Notes under the pieces: generated by a model
The model's input: the letters and a program-made list of their open reading frames with translations, nothing else
Database searches by the model: none
What the model was told of the DNA's origin: nothing
Made by a program: the position numbers and the translations under genes
Part shown: positions 29,847 through 38,626 of the stretch, piece by piece
Numbering within the stretch: the stretch's first letter is position 1
Layout: each line of letters starts with the position of its first letter
Assembly: GCA_965199495.1 (NCBI GenBank)
Contig: CBDASK010000003.1
Location: 2,656,001-2,720,000, forward strand
Length of the DNA: 64,000 bases
Source: Abditibacterium sp.
Lineage (GTDB): Bacteria > Armatimonadota > Abditibacteriia > Abditibacteriales > Abditibacteriaceae
Direction: 5' to 3'

Positions 29847-30344
29847 TCAGTTTGGCTCAAACGGCGCAAAATTCGGCTCCCAAGTGGCGATTTGGGCCAG
29901 AGATTCCTTCAATCGGCTGAAGAGTTTGCGATCTTTCTTGAGGATAAGTTCAGGTTTCGTGTAAATTAAAGCGTGAGCCGCGTTAGGCGGAATTCTTTTC
30001 AGAAGTGGATCGGCTCTGACATCAACGACGCGAATATCAGCGGCCTGTCCATCACTTATTCTCGTTACCGTTCCAATGGCACGCACGGCACGCGTTTGCA
30101 AACAGCAAATATAATCAGTCGTTTCGACTTGTGAGTGCGAGGCATCGTGAGCGCACTTACTCGCGCGGTCAACAGAAATTTGGTAGCTTGGATCTAAAAA
30201 AGCATCGGTCGTGGTTTTGAGTTGACCATCGCGCCATTCAATCCGTTTCAAACCATGCTTCACAGCACGATAAAGTAATTCGTCGTCGCCGACGTTTCCC
30301 TCATCAGTATGGGATTCATCCCCAGAAATCGCTGCTTTGCCCAT
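29847..30344 (-). CDS. Hypothetical protein with an ADP-ribosyltransferase/RES-like R-S-H pattern (putative toxin)
   Basis: ELLYR(26), AF, IS(57)VD and DP...NAAH(124)ALI; GGAAGG Shine-Dalgarno upstream; function inferred. Confidence 0.6.
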   Translation of the reverse strand: MGKAAISGDESHTDEGNVGDDELLYRAVKHGLKRIEWRDGQLKTTTDAFLDPSYQISVDRASKCAHDASHSQVETTDYICCLQTRAVRAIGTVTRISDGQAADIRVVDVRADPLLKRIPPNAAHALIYTKPELILKKDRKLFSRLKESLAQIATWEPNFAPFEPN

Positions 30345-30375
30345 AGATAATAAACCTTCCGTTACTCAGGCGCTT

Positions 30376-30876
30376 TTATATGTGTAACCAATTCCACAAC
30401 AAGCGGACTTGATTGGTGTTTTCAATATCTCCGTCTTCCATTTCATCAATGAGATGTGGCCCCCAAACTTTGAGGTATTCAACAGCTTCGGGCGTGATAT
30501 AAAGCGTAAGTTTGTGCGTGCCCTGCCACCATTCGAGCGAAACATTGCCTTCTTCGTCGGAAGAAATATAAGGTTGGCGCCATTCATACCGCGTGGAATC
30601 CACCGTCGCAAACATTTGGGGAATCCAACGAATGGCCGCATCAATGGCATCGCCATTGGGAGCGGGTGCATTATGCCCATCCCATCCGGTTTGTCTTGCG
30701 CGCAAGTCGCGAATTTTGCGCAAAGTCGCCAGCAACGCACTCTGAAAATTACGTTGAATTGTCGCCGGTGTTTGCGGCTGGTAAGCGTAATTCTCCTGGC
30801 GGATGTTATAGCTAATGCGCGCGGGCGTCTGTTTGCGCGCGGGTTCTGGCGGCGTGGCTACAAATGATAAAAGCAT
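30376..30876 (-). CDS. Hypothetical protein with a GWDG motif (putative antitoxin/immunity)
   Basis: GWDGHNAPAP...PYISSDEEGNVSLEW; its ATG overlaps the upstream TAA (TAATG). Confidence 0.7.
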   Translation of the reverse strand: MLLSFVATPPEPARKQTPARISYNIRQENYAYQPQTPATIQRNFQSALLATLRKIRDLRARQTGWDGHNAPAPNGDAIDAAIRWIPQMFATVDSTRYEWRQPYISSDEEGNVSLEWWQGTHKLTLYITPEAVEYLKVWGPHLIDEMEDGDIENTNQVRLLWNWLHI

Positions 30877-31640
30877 TAGCGGATGATCTCCCTGAGTTTT
30901 TCGGTGATGCTGCTTTCAAAAAGCAGATTCTTACGGACGCGCAACGCCTCCAGATACTCCCACATTTGCTCTTCTTGGCCGGATGGCCAGGGAGAAGCAG
31001 AGCGATCTTGCGATAAGTCGAAATCCAGAATAATTGAAGCCTCATTCTCGCTGGTTGGCGGAGATGCTGCTGTGTTGACAATCAAATCGCATTCCAAATC
31101 GGTTTGCCGCAGTTGCAACTGCATAAAGTAACCGTTCATTGCGCTGGTTGAAGCGTCGAAGGCGGCTCTTGGCATAATTTTCAGATAATCGTCGAGAACG
31201 ATATCTTTATGAAAGTCCATTGGCGTCGCGATTTGGTTGATGTAGCGCAGAGCCACGCGCGTCACGCCTTCAAAAGGGTAGAGCGCGCGGTAGTCGTTCC
31301 AAACGCGACGGGCTTCATCGCGGAACTGCGACCATCGTCCATAAGGCGCGCGCCGACTGAAAGTGAACCCGTCCAGACGCGCCTGAAAACGTTGATGCTC
31401 GTCTTTTTGAGTGAAGACGCAACCGGTGAAATCCTGATGATGCAGAATTTCGAGTTCGTCGCCCAATTCCCCCGCTTCAACGTCGAGTTGAAAACTAAAA
31501 GGTTTGACAATAGTTGATTCTCCTAACGCTTCGCTTAGAGAGTGAAACTTTTCTATGTCGAAATCATTCACGGGAGTTACACGCAAATCTATAACAGCCT
31601 CAATAATGGGCGCTTTGGTGTAGTGAAGTTCGGTGGACAT
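30876..31640 (-). CDS. TIGR04255-like protein
   Basis: YTKAPIIEAVIDLR N-terminus, YGRWSQF, RVALRYINQI, IILDFD and KNLLFESSIT, a pattern I recognise from this sporadically distributed family. Confidence 0.78.
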   Translation of the reverse strand: MSTELHYTKAPIIEAVIDLRVTPVNDFDIEKFHSLSEALGESTIVKPFSFQLDVEAGELGDELEILHHQDFTGCVFTQKDEHQRFQARLDGFTFSRRAPYGRWSQFRDEARRVWNDYRALYPFEGVTRVALRYINQIATPMDFHKDIVLDDYLKIMPRAAFDASTSAMNGYFMQLQLRQTDLECDLIVNTAASPPTSENEASIILDFDLSQDRSASPWPSGQEEQMWEYLEALRVRKNLLFESSITEKLREIIR

Positions 31641-31926
31641 TGAAGAAATCGCGTGTCTTTAAAAATGCCAGTTCTCTCAGCAAATTCTGTCAACATTTCT
31701 GCCCTATGGAGAAACGGACGCGCTTCATGTCAATTTGACCTATCTTCGCGATTAGAGTTGTCTATTCGGGCGAGGACGCACTTGATAGCATAAAGCATGA
31801 CGCGAAAAGTCGCAATCGCGAATTCGTTCTTTTCGCCCTTCACGGGGTGAAAGTTTGCCCTAATTCGGCGCATCTGTTAAAATGAAAAGGCAAAATCTAA
31901 AGGAAAAACAACCGCAAGAGAAAATC

Positions 31927-32196
31927 ATGACAGTAGCTGAATTCGACAAAGGCGCAATCATGCGCGAACACCAGAAGCACGAAGGCGACACCGGCTCGCC
32001 CGAAGTTCAAATTGCGCTGCAAACCACGCGCATCAATTATCTGACCGATCACCTCAAGACGCACAAAAAAGACCACGCCTCGCGCCTGGGCCTCTTGAAA
32101 TTGGTCGGCTCCCGCCGCCGCTTGCTGCGCTATCTGCAAACCAACGATGTCGAGCGTTATCGCGCCATCATCGGAAAGCTCGGCCTGCGCCGCTAA
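31927..32196 (+). CDS. rpsO: 30S ribosomal protein S15
   Basis: [22 protein letters not shown] and LGLRR; 89 aa; precedes pnp. Confidence 0.97.
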   Translation: MTVAEFDKGAIMREHQKHEGDTGSPEVQIALQTTRINYLTDHLKTHKKDHASRLGLLKLVGSRRRLLRYLQTNDVERYRAIIGKLGLRR

Positions 32197-32273
32197 TTTT
32201 TCATGCCGCGAAAGTCAGCGTCAATCTCGAAAACCATTCGCGTTTTCGAGACTTTTCGCGTTTCTAACGGCAT

Positions 32274-32428
32274 TTTTTAGTCACAGAAGACACAGAGAAC
32301 GCTCAGAAAAACACAGAAGGGAACAAAGAGAATTTAATCCCAAAGCTCAAATTTAGCTTCGATTTTTTAAGTCTGGTTTTTCTTTCTGTGTTCTTCTGAG
32401 CGTTCTCTATGTCTTCTGTGGCTAAAAA
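32274..32428. repeat. Purine/pyrimidine-skewed inverted repeat (family G) in the rpsO-pnp intergenic region
   Basis: 45-bp imperfect arms 32274-32318 and 32384-32428 (CACAGAAGACACAGAGAAC... / ...TCTCTATGTCTTCTGTG). Confidence 0.9.
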
Positions 32429-32450
32429 CATCACAATATAAAGGAATAGA

Positions 32451-34943
32451 ATGGCAATACAACCAGAAAGCGTCTCGCTCGAATGGGGCGGACGTACCCT
32501 CAGCATCGAAACCGGGCTTTTCGCCCCACAGGCCAACGGCGCCGTGACGGTGCAATATGGCGATACCGTCGTGCTCGTGACCGCGACGATGGCGCGTTCG
32601 CCGCGTCCCGGCATGGACTTTTTCCCGCTCACCGTTGATTACGAAGAGCGGATGTATGCCGCCGGAAAACTGCCCGGCTCGCGCTTCGTGCGCCGCGAAA
32701 CTCGCCCCGGCGAAGACGCGATTCTCAATGGTCGCATGATTGACCGCTCGATTCGCCCGCAATTTCCCAAAGGCGCGCTCAACGACGTGCAAATCGTCGT
32801 GACGACGTTGGCTTACGACGGCGAAAACGAAGTGGATATCGTCGGTTTAATCGGCGCGTCGGCGGCTTTGCAAATTTCGGATATTCCGTTTGAAGGCCCG
32901 ATTGCTGGCGTCAAAATCGGAATGTTAGACGGCGATTTGATTGTCAATCCGACGCATGACGAAATCGAGGAAGGCGATTTGGAGTTGGTGGTTTCGGCGC
33001 GCGCCGAAGGCATCTGCATGATCGAGGCGGGCGCCAAACAGGTCGGCGAAGACCAAATGGCCGAAGCGCACGAATTGGCGATGCGCCTGATTCAACCGGT
33101 TTTGGAATTGCAAAATGAGTTGCAGCGCAAAGTCGGCAAGCCGAAAGTGGAAATGATTATTTCCAAAGTGCCTGACGCCGTGATGAACGCGCTTGAAGAG
33201 AAATATGGCGCGCGTTTCAAAGACGCGGTTGGTACGGTTTCCAAAGGCGAGCGCAACGAGAATTTGGAAGCGCTCAAAGACGAAGCCAAAACCGCTTTGA
33301 AAGACGAGTTGGGCGACGACGCGTCGTATCTGGGCGCGGCGTTCGAGAAGTTGGCGGCCAAATATACGCGCCAGATGATTTTGGAAGAAGGCCGTCGCCC
33401 CGACGGTCGCGGGCCGGGCGATTTGCGCGAACTGACGGCGAAAGTGGATATTCTGCCGCGCACGCATGGCACCGGTTTGTTCTCGCGCGGCGAAACGCAG
33501 GTTTTGACGATTGCGACGCTGGGCAGCCCCGGCGATGAGAAAATCGTGGACGGTTTGGACGACGAAGAGAAAAAGCGTTATCTGCATCACTATAACTTCC
33601 CGCCCTATTCGGTCGGCGAAGCGCGCCCGATGCGCGGGCCGGGTCGCCGCGAGATCGGCCACGGCGCCCTGGCCGAGAAAGCGTTAGTTCCCGTTTTGCC
33701 GTCGCAAACCGATTTTCCCTACGTTTTGCGCTGTGTTTCCGAGGTTTTAAGCTCCAACGGTTCGACTTCGATGGCGAGCGTTTGCGGTTCGACGCTGGCT
33801 TTGATGGACGCGGGCGTGCCGATTGCCGCGCCGGTGGCTGGTATCTCGATTGGTCTGGTCAAAGAAGAGGGCGACGATTATACGCTGCTCACCGACATCA
33901 TCGGCATGGAAGATTTCTATGGCGATATGGACTTCAAAGTCGCGGGCACGACCGAGGGCATCACGGCGATTCAGCTCGATACCAAAGCCAAATATCTGCC
34001 GATGGAAATGATTCCCAAAGTCTTCGCCCAAGCGCGCGACGCGCGTTTGAAAATTTTGGACGTGCTGAAAAGCGCCATCGAAGCGCCGCGCGAAGCCTTA
34101 TCGGAATTCGCGCCGCGCATTTTGACCGTCACAATTCCAGTGGATTTGATCGGCACCGTCATCGGGCCGGGCGGCAAAAATATCCGTTCGATTGTCGAAC
34201 GGACGGGCGCCAAAATAGACATCGAAGACGACGGCACGGTGTTCATTTCGAGCCTCAAAGCCGAGGGCGGCGAGATGGCGGCGAAAATCATTCGCGATAT
34301 GACGCAGGATGTCGAATTGGGCGAAGAATATACCGGAACCGTCACGCGTTTGATGAATTTCGGTGCGTTCGTCGAGATTCTGCCCGGCAAAGAAGGTTTG
34401 ATTCGCATGGGCGATTTGGCGTGGGAATACGTGGATTCGGTCGAGTCGGTCTTGAGCGTTGGCGATGAAGTCAAAGTCGTTGTCAACGAAATTGACGATC
34501 AGGGCCGCACCAACTTGAGCCGCAAAGCGTTGTTGCCCAAACCCGAAGGCTACCAAGAGCGCGCCCCGCGCGAAGGCGGCGAAAGTCGCGGCGGACGTGA
34601 AGGAAGTGGCGGTCGCGGTGATGGCGGCAATCGTGGCGGCGGTTCGCGCGAAGGCGGCGGTCGTCCACAGCGCAGCGAAGGCGGCGGCAATCGTGGCGGC
34701 GGCACTCGCGCGCCGCGTAGCGAAGGCGGCAATGGTGGCAATCGTCCGCAACGCAGCGAAGGCGGCAATGGTGGCAATCGTCCGCAACGTAGCGAAGGCG
34801 GCAATGGCGGCGCAAGCCGCCCGCCGCGCGGCGAAAGTGGCAACGGCAATTCGCGTCCGCCGCGCAACAATGGCGGTAACGCGAACGGCGGCGATAGCAC
34901 TCCGCGTGGCGGCATGGGCGGTTTTGGCGGCCCACGCCAATAA
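32451..34943 (+). CDS. pnp: Polyribonucleotide nucleotidyltransferase with a long Gly/Arg/Asn-rich C-terminal tail
   Basis: FFPLTVDYEE, RREIGHGALA, SNGSTSMASVC and GDMDFKVAGT motifs; KH and S1 domains. Confidence 0.97.
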   Translation: MAIQPESVSLEWGGRTLSIETGLFAPQANGAVTVQYGDTVVLVTATMARSPRPGMDFFPLTVDYEERMYAAGKLPGSRFVRRETRPGEDAILNGRMIDRSIRPQFPKGALNDVQIVVTTLAYDGENEVDIVGLIGASAALQISDIPFEGPIAGVKIGMLDGDLIVNPTHDEIEEGDLELVVSARAEGICMIEAGAKQVGEDQMAEAHELAMRLIQPVLELQNELQRKVGKPKVEMIISKVPDAVMNALEEKYGARFKDAVGTVSKGERNENLEALKDEAKTALKDELGDDASYLGAAFEKLAAKYTRQMILEEGRRPDGRGPGDLRELTAKVDILPRTHGTGLFSRGETQVLTIATLGSPGDEKIVDGLDDEEKKRYLHHYNFPPYSVGEARPMRGPGRREIGHGALAEKALVPVLPSQTDFPYVLRCVSEVLSSNGSTSMASVCGSTLALMDAGVPIAAPVAGISIGLVKEEGDDYTLLTDIIGMEDFYGDMDFKVAGTTEGITAIQLDTKAKYLPMEMIPKVFAQARDARLKILDVLKSAIEAPREALSEFAPRILTVTIPVDLIGTVIGPGGKNIRSIVERTGAKIDIEDDGTVFISSLKAEGGEMAAKIIRDMTQDVELGEEYTGTVTRLMNFGAFVEILPGKEGLIRMGDLAWEYVDSVESVLSVGDEVKVVVNEIDDQGRTNLSRKALLPKPEGYQERAPREGGESRGGREGSGGRGDGGNRGGGSREGGGRPQRSEGGGNRGGGTRAPRSEGGNGGNRPQRSEGGNGGNRPQRSEGGNGGASRPPRGESGNGNSRPPRNNGGNANGGDSTPRGGMGGFGGPRQ

Positions 34944-34953
34944 GTTGTTGGCG

Positions 34954-34997
34954 AAAACAAAAAGGCGCACGATGAAAATCGTGCGCCTTTTTGTTTT
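34954..34997 (+). terminator. Rho-independent terminator after pnp
   Basis: AAAACAAAAAGGCGCACGAT-GAAA-ATCGTGCGCCTTTTTGTTTT. Confidence 0.9.
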
Positions 34998-35096
34998 ATT
35001 CCACAGTTGCTGATAGCCTGTAATTAGTTGCCGAATGATTCCAGCTGAACACAACAGAAAAATAATTTTATCTCTAATCTATATCAATTTTATGCC

Positions 35097-36260
35097 ATGA
35101 CGAAATCCCGATTACCGCGCTCGCCAACGCTTTCTGTTTATGCTTCGGAATTGCCGACGCATTCACCAATAGCGCCGCGACCCCGGCGTCAGTCGTATAT
35201 GCCGCAACTCGATGCGTTGCGCGCATTTGCGGTGTTGGCGGTAATGTTCCAGCATTTTTATGGCAGCCACGTCGGGATTGATTTGCCTATCGGCGAGTGG
35301 GGCGTGCAGCTTTTCTTCGTGCTGAGCGGATTTCTCATCACCGGAATTTTGCTCGATTGTCGCGGGGACGACGAGGATTCAAATACAGAACAGCGTAAAA
35401 TTCAGATTCGCCGGTTTTACATTCGGCGCGCGTTGCGCATTTTGCCGCTATTTTATCTGGTTGTTTTGAGCGCGGCTTTGGTTAATATCCGCCCACTTCG
35501 CGAAAATTTAATCTGGCATTTGACGTATACGACCAACATTATGCTGGCCATCCGGGATAGCTGGGACGGCCCTGCTTCTCATTTGTGGTCGTTGGCGGTC
35601 GAAGAACAATTTTATCTGGTGTGGCCGTGGCTGATCTTGTGGCTGCCATCGAAATGGTTGAAACCGGCGATTTTGGGGATTATCGCTGTGGCGCCGCTCT
35701 ACAAAATCGGCGGTTACTTCGCCGGTGTTGGCTCGATTGCCTTAGCGGTTTTGACGTTGTCTTGTCTGGATGCGCTGGGCATCGGCGCCCTGTTGGCGCT
35801 TTATAAAAAGCGGCAACCGGAAGCATTCGCGGACTTAGTTCACAGCGAATGGCATCGCTGGCTGGGAGTTGGCGCGCTGTTTTTCGCTCTGCTGAGTTGG
35901 ATTTTCTGGGAAGAGCATTATTTCGTGCAGGTCGCTGGAACGCTGGCGGCCATTCTCTTTTTTAGTTGGCTCATTCATCGAGCCGCCGTGGGATTCACCG
36001 GCTGGCCCGGACGCGTGATGCGTTGGAAACCAATGCTTTATCTGGGACAAATTAGTTATGGACTTTACCTTTTCCATAAATTTATTTCCATCATTATGCC
36101 GCACGTCTTTAGTAAGTTAAAGTTGCCATATCCAGAAAATATAATGTTGCAAGCGCTATTGCTCATTGGAATTAATATCGCGTTAGCTTCGTGTTCGTGG
36201 TTTTGGTTCGAGCGCCCAATGAATAGACTAAAAAGTCGTTTTAAATATGAGATTAATTGA
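35097..36260 (+). CDS. Acyltransferase family 3 (OafA/YrhL-like O-acyltransferase)
   Basis: LDALRAFAV, GVQLFFVLSGFLI, RRALRILP, HLWSLAVEEQFY and ISYGLYLFH motifs. Confidence 0.92.
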   Translation: MTKSRLPRSPTLSVYASELPTHSPIAPRPRRQSYMPQLDALRAFAVLAVMFQHFYGSHVGIDLPIGEWGVQLFFVLSGFLITGILLDCRGDDEDSNTEQRKIQIRRFYIRRALRILPLFYLVVLSAALVNIRPLRENLIWHLTYTTNIMLAIRDSWDGPASHLWSLAVEEQFYLVWPWLILWLPSKWLKPAILGIIAVAPLYKIGGYFAGVGSIALAVLTLSCLDALGIGALLALYKKRQPEAFADLVHSEWHRWLGVGALFFALLSWIFWEEHYFVQVAGTLAAILFFSWLIHRAAVGFTGWPGRVMRWKPMLYLGQISYGLYLFHKFISIIMPHVFSKLKLPYPENIMLQALLLIGINIALASCSWFWFERPMNRLKSRFKYEIN

Positions 36261-36978
36261 CCGCTAACGTTTTCGCCGCGTGCCACTGATGGGGAATATC
36301 GCGCATCAACAGCGCGTGATCGAACGCGATAGAACCGGGCGGGAACTTTCCGGTATCATCGAAAACGCTCGAATGAATCTGAGAAACTTTCAGAGCTTGC
36401 ACGCGCCAATTTTGCGTTTCCAATTGCATTCCGTCCAATATCTCCGAATCGCACCGCGCCGAATAGCCCAGACAACCGCGCTCGAAAAACGCCGAGGCTT
36501 CGTCAAGCGAAGCAAAAATCGAATTCGGTGGCAACATCTCTGTGATAACACCAGCCACGCGCAACGCGACCTCGCCATCACACGAACGCATTTGCACCTC
36601 GAATTCCGTCGCGCTTTCGCGCACCTCGAATTTCGCCAGATGCTGCTCGCCGGGAAAAAGGCGACCGCCGCTCCAAGCGTTGAGCCGCGAATTGGTATCG
36701 CGACGCGGAATGAAAACGCCCTCGCGCGTTTGGCCGTTTTCGTCCCACTCGACAGCAATGCGGTGCGCGGCGTTCTCGCTGGCGATGCCGCACGGCAACG
36801 GACTGAGCATCGGACGCATGGCTTCCAAGCGAATCAGGCACACGCCAACAATGGCGTGTCCGCCGTGCAGCTTGGGCCGAAACGGTGACGGCAATTGCGC
36901 GGCGACAATTTCGGAATCGGCGCGAAAGTTCGCTAAAATTCGCCGCGCGATCACGCCCTGAATGGTGGGAAGATTCAT
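36253..36978 (-). CDS. DUF2071/YqjF-like protein
   Basis: RRILANFRAD, SENAAHRIAVEW and EGVFIPRRDT pattern. Confidence 0.65.
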   Translation of the reverse strand: MNLPTIQGVIARRILANFRADSEIVAAQLPSPFRPKLHGGHAIVGVCLIRLEAMRPMLSPLPCGIASENAAHRIAVEWDENGQTREGVFIPRRDTNSRLNAWSGGRLFPGEQHLAKFEVRESATEFEVQMRSCDGEVALRVAGVITEMLPPNSIFASLDEASAFFERGCLGYSARCDSEILDGMQLETQNWRVQALKVSQIHSSVFDDTGKFPPGSIAFDHALLMRDIPHQWHAAKTLAVN

Positions 36979-37051
36979 GGTTTTTTAATTGTTGACAACG
37001 CTCGCCCTTTTGACGTTTAATATCAAGTGCGCGTTTTTTATAAATATTACC

Positions 37052-37357
37052 ATGATTGTTTTCGGCATTAAATTTTGGGCCTGGGGTAGCCAACTCACCA
37101 ACCAAGTCTGGCGTTGTCTCAAATGCGGCTACAACGGGCAATTCATTCAGAAAAAAGGCATGAAATTCATCACGCTCTACTGGATTATTCCCACGATTCC
37201 CGTTTCGGGCATCAAAGACATTGTGCAGTGTCCCCAATGCAAAGCTCAATACGACGCGGCTCCGCCCAATGGGAACAGTGGCTCAAACGCGGGCGGCACT
37301 CCGCCGATTGCCAATCCGTGGAGCAACGGAAGCGAAAATAAGCCCAACTTGAATTAG
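37052..37357 (+). CDS. Small zinc-ribbon protein
   Basis: CLKC...CPQC pairs flanking FITLYWIIP; ATG at 37052. Confidence 0.75.
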   Translation: MIVFGIKFWAWGSQLTNQVWRCLKCGYNGQFIQKKGMKFITLYWIIPTIPVSGIKDIVQCPQCKAQYDAAPPNGNSGSNAGGTPPIANPWSNGSENKPNLN

Positions 37358-37358
37358 G

Positions 37359-37491
37359 GAAAGATTGACCACAAAAACCCAAAAATCACAAAAAGTTTTG
37401 AAGAACGAACTTTCTTTATAGAAAGTTCGACCGACTATTTTTGTCTTTTTTGTGCCTTTTGTGATTTCTGGGTTTTTGTGGTCAATCTTTC
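37359..37491. repeat. A/T-skewed inverted repeat (family G-like) between convergent genes
   Basis: 35-bp arms 37359-37393 and 37457-37491 with one mismatch; inner hairpin CGAACTTTCT/AGAAAGTTCG. Confidence 0.85.
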
Positions 37492-37847
37492 ATTCTTGAA
37501 CCGCGCGCCGCTTCGATTTGAGCAGCCACGGCGCCCGGCTTCTCGACTTCGAGAACTAAAACCTGATATTTTTCGCCTTCGAGTTCGATAACTAAGGCGT
37601 TATCGGGATTGCTCACGTCCCAAAACAGGCGTTTTTTGTCGTGATAAAATGTGCCCGCCGTAACCATGCGCGGGATGTAAGTTCCCGGCGCTTTCCAGCC
37701 CAACGGTTTGTCGGCGAATCGTGGGTCTCTGCGCACGCTGGAAATGCTCGATAGCGGGAATTGCAAGCGGCTTTTGAGCGCCAAAACTTTATGGATTCCC
37801 AGAATTTCAATGGATAAATTGCCGCCTTGCGTTGAAATTTGAACCAT
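37482..37847 (-). CDS. Conserved hypothetical protein (bacterial PH-like)
   Basis: KAPGTYIP..AGTFY..FWDV pattern; operon-like with the upstream gene. Confidence 0.7.
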   Translation of the reverse strand: MVQISTQGGNLSIEILGIHKVLALKSRLQFPLSSISSVRRDPRFADKPLGWKAPGTYIPRMVTAGTFYHDKKRLFWDVSNPDNALVIELEGEKYQVLVLEVEKPGAVAAQIEAARGSRMKD

Positions 37848-37853
37848 AATTTA

Positions 37854-38510
37854 TTAGCCGCCCAGCAAGCTCGAAACCACGTTGAGCGAGAGCGCGACGA
37901 CGACGGTGGCGAAAGTAAACGAAAGGACACCGTGTTTCAAAATCGTGCGGCGAATTTTGCGCCCGCCGATTTCGCTATCAGTCGCGCCAAAAGTTGTGCC
38001 GACAGCGAACGACAAATAGCAAAAATCGAGATAATCGGGCGGCTCGTCGCCGTGAAAATTCACGCCGTCGCCTTTGCCCGTGCCTTCGTAATAGAGCCGC
38101 GCGTAGTGAAACGCGTAGACCGTGTGAATCAGCGCCCACGACAAAACGACCGTCGCAATCGCCGCCAGAGTGAGATGCGTGGACAGCGCGTTTTTGGCTT
38201 TGTTGGCCTGCGAAAGCGCCTGCAAAACGCCGCCGATGCTGGTGACGCTGGCGAGCAAAATCAGCGAATCAATAATCGAACGATACTCGTCTTCGCGGCG
38301 GCTCAATTGAGCGGTACGCGAGGCATCGCACATCAGAATTGTGCGCCAAGCCAATACCAAAAAGCAGGTCACCGCGCCATTCCACGCGACCAATCCGCGC
38401 AGTTCGCCCGGCCAGCTATGCGGCAACAGCAATAGCAGCAAAAGCGCGGCGCCTCCGGCGATCCACAAGCGCGATTTCGTCGCACGATGCCAAAAATTCG
38501 CGTGTTTCAT
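37854..38510 (-). CDS. DUF1345-family membrane protein
   Basis: SWALIHTVYAFHYARLYY and PDYLDFCYLSFAVGTT motifs. Confidence 0.85.
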   Translation of the reverse strand: MKHANFWHRATKSRLWIAGGAALLLLLLLPHSWPGELRGLVAWNGAVTCFLVLAWRTILMCDASRTAQLSRREDEYRSIIDSLILLASVTSIGGVLQALSQANKAKNALSTHLTLAAIATVVLSWALIHTVYAFHYARLYYEGTGKGDGVNFHGDEPPDYLDFCYLSFAVGTTFGATDSEIGGRKIRRTILKHGVLSFTFATVVVALSLNVVSSLLGG

Positions 38511-38521
38511 AGGGATTTTTC

Positions 38522-38618
38522 TGTAGAGACGCCGATTTATCGCGTCTAAAATGTTAAATCTCCCGTTGAATTGGCGGGTTCAGTTACGTTTTAAACGAGA
38601 TAAATCGGCGTCTCTACA
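38522..38618. repeat. GTAG-tagged REP doublet (REPIN-like), family E
   Basis: TGTAGAGACGCCGATTTATCGCGT ... ACGAGATAAATCGGCGTCTCTACA. Confidence 0.88.
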
Positions 38619-38626
38619 AAAGACGG

